A DNA stretch of 64,000 nt, from contig JAQGDQ010000268.1 of the NCBI GenBank assembly GCA_030141605.1, positions 1-64,000 of the forward strand, in the 5' to 3' direction. Origin of the DNA: Tubiluchus corallicola. Lineage: Eukaryota; Animalia; Priapulida. Below, piece by piece: positions 25,029 to 37,883 of this stretch. Position numbers and translations under genes: made by a program. The notes under the pieces are model-generated. The model made no database searches and had not been told where the DNA came from. It saw only the letters and a program-made list of their open reading frames with translations. The first letter of the stretch is position 1; each line of letters begins with the position of its first letter.

Positions 25029-25600
25029 CTATCCTACAATCACATACAACAAAAATAATGTGTTGCAACAATAATCTTTTAACAAAGAGTGCTATAGTAT
25101 CCTGCTATAAATTTTTCTAAAATAGCTTCTGCCATGTTAGAAAAGCCATATCTAGTATCAATGCGCTACTTGTGCAAAACGCTATTTTGCTTTGTTTAAC
25201 ATGCGGCTTTTAAAACAATGTTAATTAACTAATTAAAAATCTGCTATTTTTTGAGATTTATAGCAGGTTGCGATAATGTGGAAATAAGTTCTTTTGTAGA
25301 AATAATTTTGTTACTACTTTCACTAAAAGCACTAACACTTTACCAAAGAACGCGCTACGGTTGTACGATCAAAATAGCCAGAAAACGGCGAGTATATGTA
25401 TGCCACATTATTACGGTTTGTGTCTAGAAAGTCGGTTGTAATTTTTTGCTGGAGCGTTTGTTTCTACTAGCCACTTTTCTCTATAAACTGGATAATTTGA
25501 TGTGGTGTTTAGTTAACAGTATCAAGTATATTACGCAGTGGCTATGGCCGATTAATGCCTCCATTTATTTAAATCGGGTTTAACTTAAAAAAACTGTATT
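25029..25600. promoter_or_regulatory. Probable bidirectional promoter and non-coding first exon(s) of KMT2C/D (-) and the ZDHHC gene (+)
   Basis: Strong minus-strand donor ATAG|gtaagc at 25029/25028; locally more CpG at about 25270-25660; lies between divergent genes. TSSs cannot be placed from sequence. Confidence 0.55.
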
Positions 25601-28600
25601 GATCTAAACTGGAATTTACCTAGACTTTAGTTAGTATCTTGAAAGACCGCGACAGTGATAGATAGTTGGGGAACCTATAATTTTTCATTAAAGTTCTAGT
25701 AGTTTCTACAAAACGTCGTTTCTTGTTTATTTTTCCTATGCTTGGCCATCAGACCATATATACATAAGCATTCTGCCTACTTGTATTAATAGTTTGTAGC
25801 TGAGGTGCACAGATCTTTTATTTCTGTATCGCCAGCCATGTATTTCACAGGACGTACAAGTTCAAATTAATTTATGAAGCCAATGAAAAGAACATTTGGG
25901 TGTTAAACTGTGTTAATTGAAACACAGATGATGATTATATCAGAATAAAATCTGTGTTAATCAGTGCTAACTGGTCATTTGGCACAAAAACTGCCTGGCT
26001 GCTTGTTATTACTGCCAAGAATATGTAATGATTATCTCAATGATACAAGGGATAGTCTTGTGAAACCAACATTAAATGGCCTAAGAAGTTTAACTCTTCA
26101 TTACATCTATGTTAAGGAGCATATATACACCAGTAACTCACCTTTCTCCATACTACTATTAGTTTATAATGTACACTCATTATTTTACTAAATTTTTAGG
26201 CATAATTTTTTTTTTTAAACTCAGTTTGTAAAAAAACAATTTTAGCTGTTTCTTTGGGATGTGTCTCTCGCCGTGTCGCAAGACCCACATAGAGCAAATA
26301 CTTAGTTTTAATTTGTTAACAAAGGACTTCTTAGTGAAGTGTGCAATCCTCCAAGTATGATTTTTTTCACACCTTAAGAAATTAAGGATTAGTGATTGTT
26401 TTTCCATTTTATGAAATTTTAGTTCCATCGTGAAATTATTCAATTATAAAAGTTTAGGATCAGTATTCCAAGTTGTGATGCATCTAATTATATAAAGTTT
26501 ACTGTCTTTCTTATTTACTTGCCTATATTTTTTGTATAATTACGTTTTTTGTTCTTTCTTTGTTATATTCTTATTAAATTTTTTTCATAGCTATTTTAAT
26601 TTGTAATCATTGACACTGTCCTTTGAAGCACACTGAGGTTATAACTACAACTTTTTGAATTTTGTCTGTCGGTAGCATATAGAACTTTGCTGGACTGCCT
26701 CTATAGCTGATTTTCTTTTTTCTTAGGTAATGCCTTTTCTTTGCATGTAAGCTATAAAAAGGTTAAATTCTATTAAAGCTTTATGTATTCCGCTACTCAC
26801 TTTGTTTGCTATGCCTTTTGTCACAATTGTTCATGTGTCATCATATTTAGTGCCAGTACTTAACACTTGGAACTGCATGCACTCTTGTGCCTCTGTGGTA
26901 ATCCTGTGTTTATGATATCATTAATGTAGTGTTGAATGTTAACATTGTATTGTCTTACATGTACAGCAAGAAATATGCACTTGCTGTTTTGTGTTCACTG
27001 CTTAACGTATTACTAATAAAGCCTAATCCCGCTTCAGATTATTGAGATTCTTTTTTGAGTCACTACTTACCTCTTTCAGTCGGTTTTTCAGATTTACGTC
27101 AGTTTTTTTTTAATAATAGGTGTTCAGTTTATAAACCATAAACTCATGGGTAAGCTAGTACTAAGATAGCTGTGCCAACATAATTGTTAGTGATTAGTTA
27201 ATTATTGAAAGGCATGGCATACTTGCATACTTCTGTCTCTTCTTATCATTATGACTCATTTTGCACATATTTAGCTCACGCTTTTTTTTCCTGGTTTCAG
27301 TATATAGACATTTGTTTTGAATTTAAATTACCTACTTTTTAACCCTAACTTCGAATGATGCATCTCTGACGGTTTCTTTTTTGTTCAAGAGCTTTAGGTG
27401 CTCTTTTCTCTTTATTTTTTCTTTATTTTTATTTTATTTCCTCTTTAAGAGCTTTAAATATTCAAATTTTTACAGATAGCCTTCGATTCAGATTTTTGTT
27501 TAGTCCTTTTAGTCTAGGTAAAATTCAATAATTAACAAATATGTACATGCTATGCTATACATTAAAACGATTGCGAAGATATGCCAACGAAACAACAGAC
27601 CTGAAAAACACAGGAAATCAATGCAAATATTTGTGAGTACACTATCTAGACTCTAAAGCAGCGTTTAATTTAGAGACATGCATGTTGTGTGGCAGTTGTC
27701 TGTATAATTAGATTGTTTAGTAGAATAATAACTTCAAATTTAATTTAAGTTTTTCAAATTAAATCACCCAAAGTACTGTTGTTTCAACATGATTTAATTG
27801 CTTTCTATCTGAAGGTATTCTTATCTACTAACAATTTCATTATAAACTGTCTCTTCTATACCTCAAGATTCAAAATGCATAGGTCAAGGCCTATTTTAAA
27901 AACGGTCTATTACAGTGTGTAGTTAAATGTATGTTGACAACATAGAAATTTACTAACTATGTAATTATATATGTAGAATATTATCAACATTTGGCATGTA
28001 TCTGTAGCACATTTATTTTCTGAAAGTTTTGCTTATCAACCAGATAAATTTTATTAGCTCTAAAAACTTGTTTTGTTTCTTGTATGGACTGCTAAAGCTG
28101 CTTGACTCGATTTTTGCCTTTTGTTTAATTTGTTGCTAGTCCTTTTCGATTCTTATTTAGTGACTCAGCCGTGACAGCACATAATTAGTTCATGTTGCAT
28201 TATACTTTGACTATTTAATATTTACTAGACAAATTTAAAGCCTCCCATGAAGCTTTCTTACAGACAATATACATAACTGGATGAGTTGTTAAGAATACCC
28301 TTAGTTACTGTGCCTTGTGAAATTTTACAACATCTGATTCTAGTAAAAGATAGTAGATTTTTAGACCATCTTAATAAATTTAGATACAAATGCCATCCCT
28401 GCACATAAACATGTACACCAATTTCTTTTGTGTTTTTTATTGAGTTATAGCTATTATATAGATCTAAGAAAGGCAATTTAAGCGAGAATTTTTTTGCTAG
28501 TCATTGGTAGTTCACATGGTGCATGAATAAGGATGTGTTGTTAAGTCGCTGTTGTTTTCTTCTTTTAACGTAATTGTGTTCATATTCTTTTAAAGTGTGA

Positions 28601-28730
28601 AGTGGTGTTAAAAGTATTAAAGATGAATAGTGCATTAGGCACTGCGTTGTTTAAAAAGCTATCTTGAGCTTGGAATTTTTTGTTCTTAGGGAGTAAAATT
28701 GAAAGTATTCTGGACAATAAGATAAAGAAC

Positions 28731-30251
28731 ATGACTGGAAACATATTTCGAACTAAAGCAGCTACTTTATTTGATGTTGTAAAAGCTGGCAATCTAGTTG
28801 CATGTGAGGAGTTTCTTGAGACCCTTGGATCTACGGAAGTGTGCAATCTGGATGACAAAGGATACACACCCGTTCACTGGGTTTGTCTGGGTGGACACAC
28901 TTCACTGTTGTACTGTTTCATTAAACATGATTTGCCCATTAACATTCCAGGCAAGAACAACATTGGAGCATGTCCTATTCACTGGGCTTGTGTTAATGGT
29001 CACATAGCAGTTGTGGATATGCTCTTGCAGAATGGGGTGCCAGTTGATACGTGTGACAAGAAAGGTTGTTCTCCTCTCATTGTTGCATGTCAGTATGGTC
29101 ACTCAGTTCTAGCAGGATATCTGATGGGTCAAAGTGCTCGTTTGTCGCTCACTGATAAAGATGGAGACAACGCTTTGCACTGGGCTGCATTCAAAGGAAA
29201 CATTGACTGTACGCGTTTACTTATCTATTCTGGTTTCAGTCCGTATCAGAAAGACAGTTATGGTCAGACACCTCTGCATCTGGCTTCTATAAATGGCAGC
29301 CTCGATACAGTCAAAGAATTATGTAAGCTTGATGGTGTTGAAATTGATGTGAAGGATAAAAATGGTAGAACTCCTATGGAATTGGCCAAGTGTCGAGGTC
29401 ATGAGGAAATACTTTTTTTTCTGGAGATTGAACACAATCGTCGAAAAAACCTTGTTTCTAAAATCTTTAGTCGGGGTAATTCATCTGAAAATAGCATAGG
29501 GCCATTATTAATTTTTATCTTTGGTGCCATAGGCTATGGATATCCTATGTACATTTTATGGGTTGCTCCAGCAACTTGGAGAGCCATGACTACTTTGCAT
29601 ATTACCTTTTTATTATCTAATTTTGCCATGTGGTTCTGTCTTTTTCGTGCACATTCTGTCAACCCAGGATTCTTGCCAAGAGACACTGATGCCTATCATT
29701 ATGCAGTTAAACAGGTGGCTCACTACAGCTCTTGGAAGAATAACGAAAAGAACCCTCTTGAACATTTGTGTCATACATGTCGCTTGGTGAAGCCGATGCG
29801 CAGCAAACATTGCAAGTTCTGTCAGAGTTGTGTGCTCAACTTCGATCATCACTGCCCCTACATCTATAACTGTGTAGGATTAAACAATAGGGTGTGGTTC
29901 TTCTTCTTCTTATGTACAACCACTTACAATTTGAATTTAGCTACTTACTGGTCGTGGGAGCTATGGAATTTAGAAGGACAGTACTGGCTAAACATCATTA
30001 ACTTTGGCATGGCAGTGCTGTTCTCACTCCTCTGCTGCACATTGGTCATTGGCATGGTTTATGGGATTGTGTGTAATCTTACAACAAACGAGACGTACAA
30101 CTATAAGCGCTATGATTACTTAAAAGATGAAAATGGAAAGTTTCATAATCCGTTCCATAGAGGCTTTTTTGGCAATGTGAGAGAATTCTTTCATTGTCTC
30201 CCTGCATCTAAGCAGGCTGCAATTTCAATCAGAAACTTACGTACAGTGTAA
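28731..30251 (+). CDS. Ankyrin-repeat DHHC palmitoyltransferase (Akr1/ZDHHC13/17-like architecture), intronless CDS
   Basis: About 6 ankyrin repeats (GYTPVHW, GACPIHW, GCSPLIV, GDNALHW, GQTPLHL, GRTPMEL), DHHC-CRD (CHTCRLVKPMRSKHCKFCQSCVLNFDHHCPYIYNCVG), TTNE and NPFHRG motifs. Acceptor ttgttcttag at 28689; first ATG at 28731 gives 506 aa. Confidence 0.92.
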   Translation: MTGNIFRTKAATLFDVVKAGNLVACEEFLETLGSTEVCNLDDKGYTPVHWVCLGGHTSLLYCFIKHDLPINIPGKNNIGACPIHWACVNGHIAVVDMLLQNGVPVDTCDKKGCSPLIVACQYGHSVLAGYLMGQSARLSLTDKDGDNALHWAAFKGNIDCTRLLIYSGFSPYQKDSYGQTPLHLASINGSLDTVKELCKLDGVEIDVKDKNGRTPMELAKCRGHEEILFFLEIEHNRRKNLVSKIFSRGNSSENSIGPLLIFIFGAIGYGYPMYILWVAPATWRAMTTLHITFLLSNFAMWFCLFRAHSVNPGFLPRDTDAYHYAVKQVAHYSSWKNNEKNPLEHLCHTCRLVKPMRSKHCKFCQSCVLNFDHHCPYIYNCVGLNNRVWFFFFLCTTTYNLNLATYWSWELWNLEGQYWLNIINFGMAVLFSLLCCTLVIGMVYGIVCNLTTNETYNYKRYDYLKDENGKFHNPFHRGFFGNVREFFHCLPASKQAAISIRNLRTV

Positions 30252-32120
30252 GAGATTTTGGTGAAATGATATACTGTATGAATATGCATAATGTACCTTC
30301 ACCAAATTGATGCATATATGACAGAATACGTGTTCTTCCCACCAATCACATAGAGCACTGCTAATATAAATAAGTGAAATAGATTTTATTTTCATTCACC
30401 TTTGCCAACAAATTAAGAAGCAGCAGATGTTCACGGAGGTGTTGCACTGTTTTTACTCGTGTAGCTGTTGTGTTAACAGTAAATGCCAAAAATAACTGTG
30501 ATACACATAATTAATATATATAATATTTATTTATTCATGTGTTTGTGCATGTCTTTATGTCAGCATTTATATACAAGATGCTGTGTCACTCATAAATATT
30601 ATAAAACAAGTGTTATGTATTTATTCTTACAAACAAACTTATGTGATCTTGTTTAAAACCTGAGAGCAAATAAGCATATCCAGTCTGCAAAATGCAGAAT
30701 TAAAAAATAAGCCATTTCTATTTCTTCACTCACTTGTCATGAGTAAAGGATAAAGTGAACAATTATTAAAGTTTTTGTATCATAGTCTACTGAACATAAA
30801 CTTATCACAGGTCCAGTCAAACTAATCACAGGTCCAGTCATATCTGACTAAATCATCAAAAGTCAACAGCTGAAGCTTATGAACTCTGTACTGACTAGTG
30901 TCGAAAAGTAATTACATTTTTTGTGTGCTTTTTGTTAAAATCTTATTTTGTATACTTCGATATATGCTCGTAACAACTAGGGCTAACATATATTATTTAC
31001 AAAGTTGTACTTTGTGCATATGGTGAACTCCTTTGTGTTTTCTCAGTTACTGTACTCATCTCATCTTAATTACAGTGTTAGGTCATTAATAATTTTGTAC
31101 ATGTTGCTTTGATACCATATGCCTCTATTGTAAACATTATCCTGTAACATTGTGCAAAGCTTTATGGTGTTATTTATTTTCAAGAAAAACTTACCTGTAG
31201 ACTGTTGCTCTCTTAATGAAACTAAAATGTTTAATTGTTTATTTTTAGAAGTTTCCAATTCAAATCTTTACAGTTTTTTTATTAATATACAACTGAAAAA
31301 TTAAGTTTTTGTATAATAAATTAGTAGTTACGTAATAGGCCTGCACTACCTTATGTGTGTGGCCTGTATGCCTTAACCTTTCTCTAAAAACTAGTTTAGC
31401 CAGAATGGAGAGAGAACATATCAAGTGACAGAAATCTTGGGAAATAAATACCTCCATGCATTAAGTGTACTATGACTAATACATAGCACAAAGGTGGTTA
31501 GAAAAATGGCTGTGTATAAAATTTTGACTAAAACAATTGGGAAGGAGAGCTGGTGGTGTGTATCTGTAATAAGCGTATTTTCTTTACCAGAACTATTTAT
31601 TACATTACTTATACCAAAGAAAATAATTAATTTCATCATAGTTATTGGGCAAAAATTGAGTCATTTGCAAGTCAGACATCTTTAGTTGGTGTCTCGGTTT
31701 TTTATTTCAGGGGTCCGGACAAAATGATAAGCAACACAACGACTTTCTTAGTTGTTTTCTTCATAAGTTGTGACTACATAATGCAGAAAGCAACACCGCT
31801 TTTTAATAATTTTAACAATAGACAATTGAAATTAAACTCTGAATTGCCACCAACAATATGAACTCTAAAAATAACCCCGAAATTTGCCTTCGTTTAATTA
31901 GAAAACTTTGCATGATATGATTTTTCGAAGCATTCAGTGCCAATGCCAAGCATGCAATTGAATAAATAACTTTAATAATTATCTCCCGTAGTGACATGTA
32001 GTTAGGTCATTTATATATTGTACGGGTATACTTTTATGAAAGGTACTGTATTTCATTACTTTGTTGCACGAGTAAATTATATATTTTATCATTTAAAATT
32101 CTCAGGAACCTTAACCCAAT

Positions 32121-32262
32121 ATGGCTTCTGAAGCAACAACTGAGAACCAAAGCGAGTGTGTGTCTGAATCAATGGAAGACGAACTTTCCGACAATGATGA
32201 TGACAACAATGAAATTGATGAGGATGTTGATGGGGAAGAAGCACGTTCATCACCTAGAGCAG
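32121..32262 (+). CDS. MPND: MPND coding exon 1 (acidic N-terminus)
   Basis: Acceptor at 32105, ATG at 32121 (MASEATTENQ...DEDVDGEEARSSPRA), donor CAG|gtagca; phase 1 joins exon 2 in frame. Confidence 0.78.
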
Positions 32263-32939
32263 GTAGCAACCTCAACAGATGTGTTCTTCACTGCTGTTGA
32301 TATCAAAAATAATTCACAAAAATCAGGAATGTCCTGTTTTGTACTGCTTTTTTAACATTTTTGTCATACTACTGAGCCTACACTCAACTGTATGTACCGA
32401 ACTCTACAGAAGAGTGAAGTAGTAGGTCATGGAAAACTGCATCAATTTGTCTTACTGTCTGTGACACAGTTACAGAGCATTTATGTAATTTGGCATAGGA
32501 CATGGGCAAGGCCAAGCTATGCTTAATTTATGTGTGCACTGAAATTTTTAGTGGATGAATAATTTTTGAATACTTGTTGTTGGCTGTTACTTTGTTATGA
32601 TTTGTATGCATGAGCTACAACATGGGCAATGGGCCATAAACTCTTCACTAGTGGCATTTCATATACACATAATTTGAAATTAAATAAAATGCTACATAAG
32701 GAGGAGTGTACAGCCCATAGTTCACAAGTGTTGTCACTTATTTTTTGTATATCATTATCATTTCGAGGCAGGACTTGACAATATATGGGAATTTATGATC
32801 TAGTTATCCAGATCCGAGACGAGACCTACTATTAGTAGAAAATTCCACATTAAAGAAAATAAAAGAAGCATTGTGTATCTTATTTCTTTATTGTGCGATT
32901 GTTGTTATTTAAACCTGTTCTCGTCATTAACTGTTGTCT

Positions 32940-33185
32940 GAAAGCAAACTCGCAAGCGTGAACTACTTTACGAGTTACTGTCGGCAAGTTATTGCAAACT
33001 CTCCAAAATTTGCTGAGAGTTCATTTCTTGCAAGTGTGAATGCATTGGCGAGTTACTCTGGACACTTCTCAGAGTGGATAGAGACCAGAGTATCAGTTCA
33101 CGCTTGCAGTCAGAGAGTAACTTACTCTCTAGTCTGAACACACTTGCAAACTGCTTGGCAAGAAAACTCGCTTGTCTGAATACAC
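32940..33185. mobile_element. Degenerate inverted-repeat-rich element in the MPND intron
   Basis: Perfect 13-bp IR gcaagcgtgaact (32952-32964) / agttcacgcttgc (33095-33107); recurring gagttact/aactcgc and gtctgaa motifs; CpG higher than the flanks. Confidence 0.5.
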
Positions 33186-33887
33186 CATAAGAACTGTTTC
33201 CATATTATGCGTCCTGTTTACATGAATATGTTGTGTTCTACTTTTTCTCTTAATTTTAAAAGTGGCAATACTATTACCGTAATACATACTTATCAGAGTG
33301 AGACAAACATAGCAGAATAATGCAATGTTATATTGGCATTGTATTCGGTACCTGACCCTCATATGATAGCAGAATTGTTTTGCTCATTTTGGTTAAATGC
33401 TCGTGTATGTTCCTAATTCTTTAACACATATTACAAACACAATTATTTTGCAACAAATTCATGTATGTTATAGGAAAGGAATTGAAAGAAAAACTAAACT
33501 TTGTTATAAGTTACTCCATCTACAAGACGCTTAATCCTAAACTGTATGCATATAAAAGAGCCGCATACAACTAGTGATACAAATAAATTAAACTTGCTCT
33601 CTCATCTGACTTTATTTATGCTACTTAAGTAGAGATGTGTAATAGTATAAAAACAGCGAACTTAAAGTCATTTACCTAAGGAGGTCTAGTTTTTCTTTAG
33701 TTAAAAACCTGTACTACGTTTATTCACATCTTATACTATTCCAAACAAACAATCCACGATTAAATTTTTGAATTTCCAATTTTAAAATTTTTTGTGTTTG
33801 GAAGGGTGTTTGGAAAAACACAGTGTAGCCCTATATTCTGGAAGGTACCCTGTCGAAAAACTTGAAAGAACTTTCTCTTTTTTCCAG

Positions 33888-35143
33888 GAGGTGGCAGAGG
33901 TGTCACACTGACAATGTTAATGAAAGATGGAATTATAGAGCCTGGACCAGGAGCAATGACGGTCAGTTACCTTGGTCAGCGATTTGTGGGTGACCTGCTA
34001 GATGACGGGTCCATTCAACTGCAGACAACTAAAGAAAACTTTAATTCACCTAGTGCGTGGGCCATACACTGTAAAAAATTAGTTAATCCTACAAAGCGCA
34101 GCGGCTGTGGTTGGGGTTCTGTCAAGTACAGAGGTCGTAAACTCGACACTTACAAGATGATGTGGTTCAACAAACAAAAACCATCTGATGGGAGGGAAAT
34201 AAGGAAGCCACAACCCCATGTGATGCAACAGAAAGCAAAAGAGGAGGCAGCCAAGGCAGCTTTCAGTGATGCGGAAGTGAAGCCAGAACCGGAGAATCTG
34301 CCAAAATCTCCGAAAATAGAGAATGATCCTATTCCTAGGAAAACTCCTATTGCATATGCTAACCTAGGACCCAGGAGCAGTGATTTAAATCAGAACTCAC
34401 AAGTTGAATGCATCACTTTTCAATCTCTGGGCAAATTGCAGCCATACACAATTACAATCTCAACAAACTGTCTCTTTTTGGTTGACTTCCATTCCCACCT
34501 GACTACCAGCGAAGTTGTCGGATACCTTGCGGGGACATGGGACCCCCTTGTTCATCGTTTGTCTGTTCAGAGAGCGTTTCCGTGCCGATGTCGGCTTGCT
34601 GATAAAGAGAATGCACTCATTGTTGAAGAAGAAATCCGGCAGCACATGTCAAAGACGAACTTAAGTTTGGTGGGTTGGTATCACAATCATCCAACACAGT
34701 GTTCTCAACCTACTCTAAAGGATATTGACTCCCAGTTAGATTATCAAGTGAAGCTCAATCTAACGAAATACCACCCATGTATAGGACTAATTTGTTCCCC
34801 ATTTGATCCATTTCAACATTCCACGGAGTCGTCTATAACTGTCTTCATGGCTATGCCTCCGGAAATGAAGTCCAGTTCATATGGCATGCCAATGTCTTTG
34901 AACTACAGCACTGTACCCGATTCGTACCTTTCTCAAGATTTGCTGAATGAATTGAAATGGTTAACAGATTTTTACTATGGTGCAACAGATTTGGTGGACT
35001 TTTCTAAGATTTGGCACAAGGAAAGCACATTTTTGGACAAAATGAAAAAATCTCTAAGTAAGAAATTACCTCAAGATCAGACTGATGCAAGACTGCTAGA
35101 ATTGGTGGGTCAGCTTGTTTCTCAAATGCATGGAGAAACTTAG
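33888..35143 (+). CDS. MPND: MPN domain-containing protein (RAMA + JAMM/MPN), main exon
   Basis: Acceptor ttttttccag at 33887; RAMA domain RGVTLTMLMKDGIIEPG...FNSPSAWA...SGCGWGSVKY; MPN domain EVVGYLAG...VGWYHNHP...TLKDID. Spliced product 465 aa; AATAAA near 35248 and 35393. Confidence 0.92.
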
Positions 35144-37561
35144 ACAACTTACAAAGTAATTCCAGTTCCTTTGAATTATTTCTGGCAGTTGTCTTCAAGA
35201 CTGTGTTTCCTCAATTTTTCACCATGTGTTGAGAGTTGTGACTACTGAATAAAGGTAACATAAATGGGCAATTATATATTACCCATACAAACACTTGTGT
35301 TATAATTACTGCACATGTATTTATTTTTATTTATGTACACATGACATAACTATACTAAAAGACTTGGAACTAAGCAGTGATGCTGAAAGCATAATAAAAG
35401 TACTGTCTCATTGCAGTTAGCTATTTATTATTTATTTAAAGCACAGCAAAGAAATTGTGGTTAACGTGAGCTTTTTTTATTTTACATTTTTTAATTATTA
35501 TGTACAGTGTAGTCCATTATAAATTCATACTTGTAAATAGCCTTAGAATTTAGTGTAGCATAAAAATTGTGGTGTTTAGCAATGTACTGTGATTTACATT
35601 TTACATCATTAACTGTCGACTAAAACTGAACAAAGATATTAGCGAGTTTATTAGTTTGAGGTATTTCATCGAGGAATGGTTGGGCATGTATGTTATTGCA
35701 AGAAATAAAAATATGTAATTTTGAACTTGTTTTGACAAGAAATAGGATGGCTGAACTGCAAATTTTACCAAAATTAGAGACACTGAAATGTGGTACATTT
35801 CTAAAAAGTACAACACTTATATATCTTGTGCGAAGTTGTTACTTTAGTGGTCAGCCAGATAGAAGTTAGCTAAAAGGAAGCTTAACACATCACATAATTT
35901 CTATCAAAGTCAAGTCTTTTAACATGTGTAATGGAGAAGTATGACAAACACACAAACATGGGGAGAAAATTAACTCATTGGATTCACAACTAAGCATTAT
36001 TAATGGCAACATTTCATTGCCTCCAGGTATTCTACTACTGTGAAAATAGATGGAAGAGCTAATGCATTTTAAGGACGGTGCTAATAATAGCAAGTATAAA
36101 AATTCAGATGTTCAAATGTTTTAATAACGGTGTTAATGCCGCACATCCTAAAATACTTTAGTACATACACACTGCATTTAGGGCATTAAATTTATGGGAA
36201 AACGAGTCTTTTGAGGGTCACTGTGTCCAGTCACTGGTCATTAAGTTGGACATTACTGTATTATCGTACTGTACATACAAAATGATTATAATAAAAACAA
36301 TAGTAACTTACATAACTTTATTTACGAATTAAAAATAATGATGTATAATTATTTATTAATGTAACAAAATTTTAAGTTTATAATACATGTGAATCCACTC
36401 TGAATCTAGGACTTATCAGATATTGTACATAGTGTGCCAAAAGCTAATAATATCTGTAGGAAAAACTTAGTAATACGTAGTCTGAGAATATCCTGTACTT
36501 TGTCATGTTGACTTTAATACAAGTATGAAGATACACCAACATTTTTCAAAACTAGAAATGCAGATTTGTGCACCGATGCAAAAACTTCTAGCCTAAGAAA
36601 GCTTAGTCAAAAAAATTAGTTTTAAAAAAATGAATATTATGCAACTTATAGTATTTAGGCAAGGTAGTCTACAAAAACAGCAATATCAAATGGAGAATTT
36701 TGCTTTTTAGCCAGTATAATGAAATTCATTTTAGTCAAAATGTGAAAGCTGATTTTAAATTTACAAGTTAAAAATTAAAATACATAAATTTTAGCTACTG
36801 TAGTGCATATATATATATATATATACTACCTAAAGCAGTAACAAAAATACAAGTATGCATTTTCCCAAATATTTTTCACTGTACACCACCATAAGCCAGA
36901 ATATTTGTACTTCTTCCAAATAAGCTGCAGAAATGTAAAGAAGTCACTTGTACTGCATTTGTGAGAACTAGGAACCACTGCAAAATCAACACCCGATTAT
37001 TAAACAAATATTTTATAAATCAAACCAAATCTTACCCTATAGTGACACATATATCAAACACTTTCTTCCATCCCTCGACAAAAGGTGCACCACAGAATTT
37101 AGCACATACAAATTACCATTTAAAAAAATTAGGTAAATCAGAAAGAAATTATAGCTGCTCCGGTGATAGGACCAGCAATACAAAACCCATAAAAGCTTAC
37201 CGTTCAAACTCTACACTTATCTTGATTCATTTTATGCTACACAGGATTAAAAAATTGAGATTCTGAGTTTACTTACGAAATACCACACAAATAAGATATA
37301 TCATTCATGGAAACCTCAGTATTGCTTTCGAAATGCTCTTAATTACAAACTATAGGTTCAAACACGAATGGCTCTCAAGAAATCTACATCATTTTAAAAA
37401 GTAAATTTGGTGTCTAGGCTAGCATAATCATTCAGCAGATTTACTTATTCACTAAATGACATCAGACTTTAGCCATTCTGGCAAGAGACCTGGCTTATAC
37501 AAAAAATACCTCTCATTTATCTTGCACAATTTTAGCAATAGTCATAGTGCTTTTGAAAATA

Positions 37562-37574
37562 TTACGTTTGACCT
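37562..37574 (-). CDS. SEC61G: Sec61 gamma terminal coding exon (most likely)
   Basis: ccccactag|A GGT CAA ACG TAA gives ...NNIIVGQT* (69 aa), keeping the conserved IIVG. Confidence 0.65.
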
Positions 37575-37727
37575 CTAGTGGGGTAATTTATGCAACATGT
37601 TAACTAAAGTCTAACCATTCTGATTAGAGGCAAACCTAGTTTAACTCCTCAGCTTTGAGGAGTTCAGCAGTCAAACTAAAGATATCATAGACACACAAAC
37701 ATCAGTCTGAGTATACTGAGTTACTTA

Positions 37728-37883
<156 letters not shown>

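Noticed and set aside
28680-28730. TTG start of the 523-aa ORF
   Set aside because: Begins inside a polypyrimidine tract/acceptor (AG at 28688-28689); the ATG at 28731 is more plausible.
28580-29852. ORFs overlapping or antisense to the ZDHHC CDS
   Set aside because: Shadow frames of a real coding region; no independent motifs.
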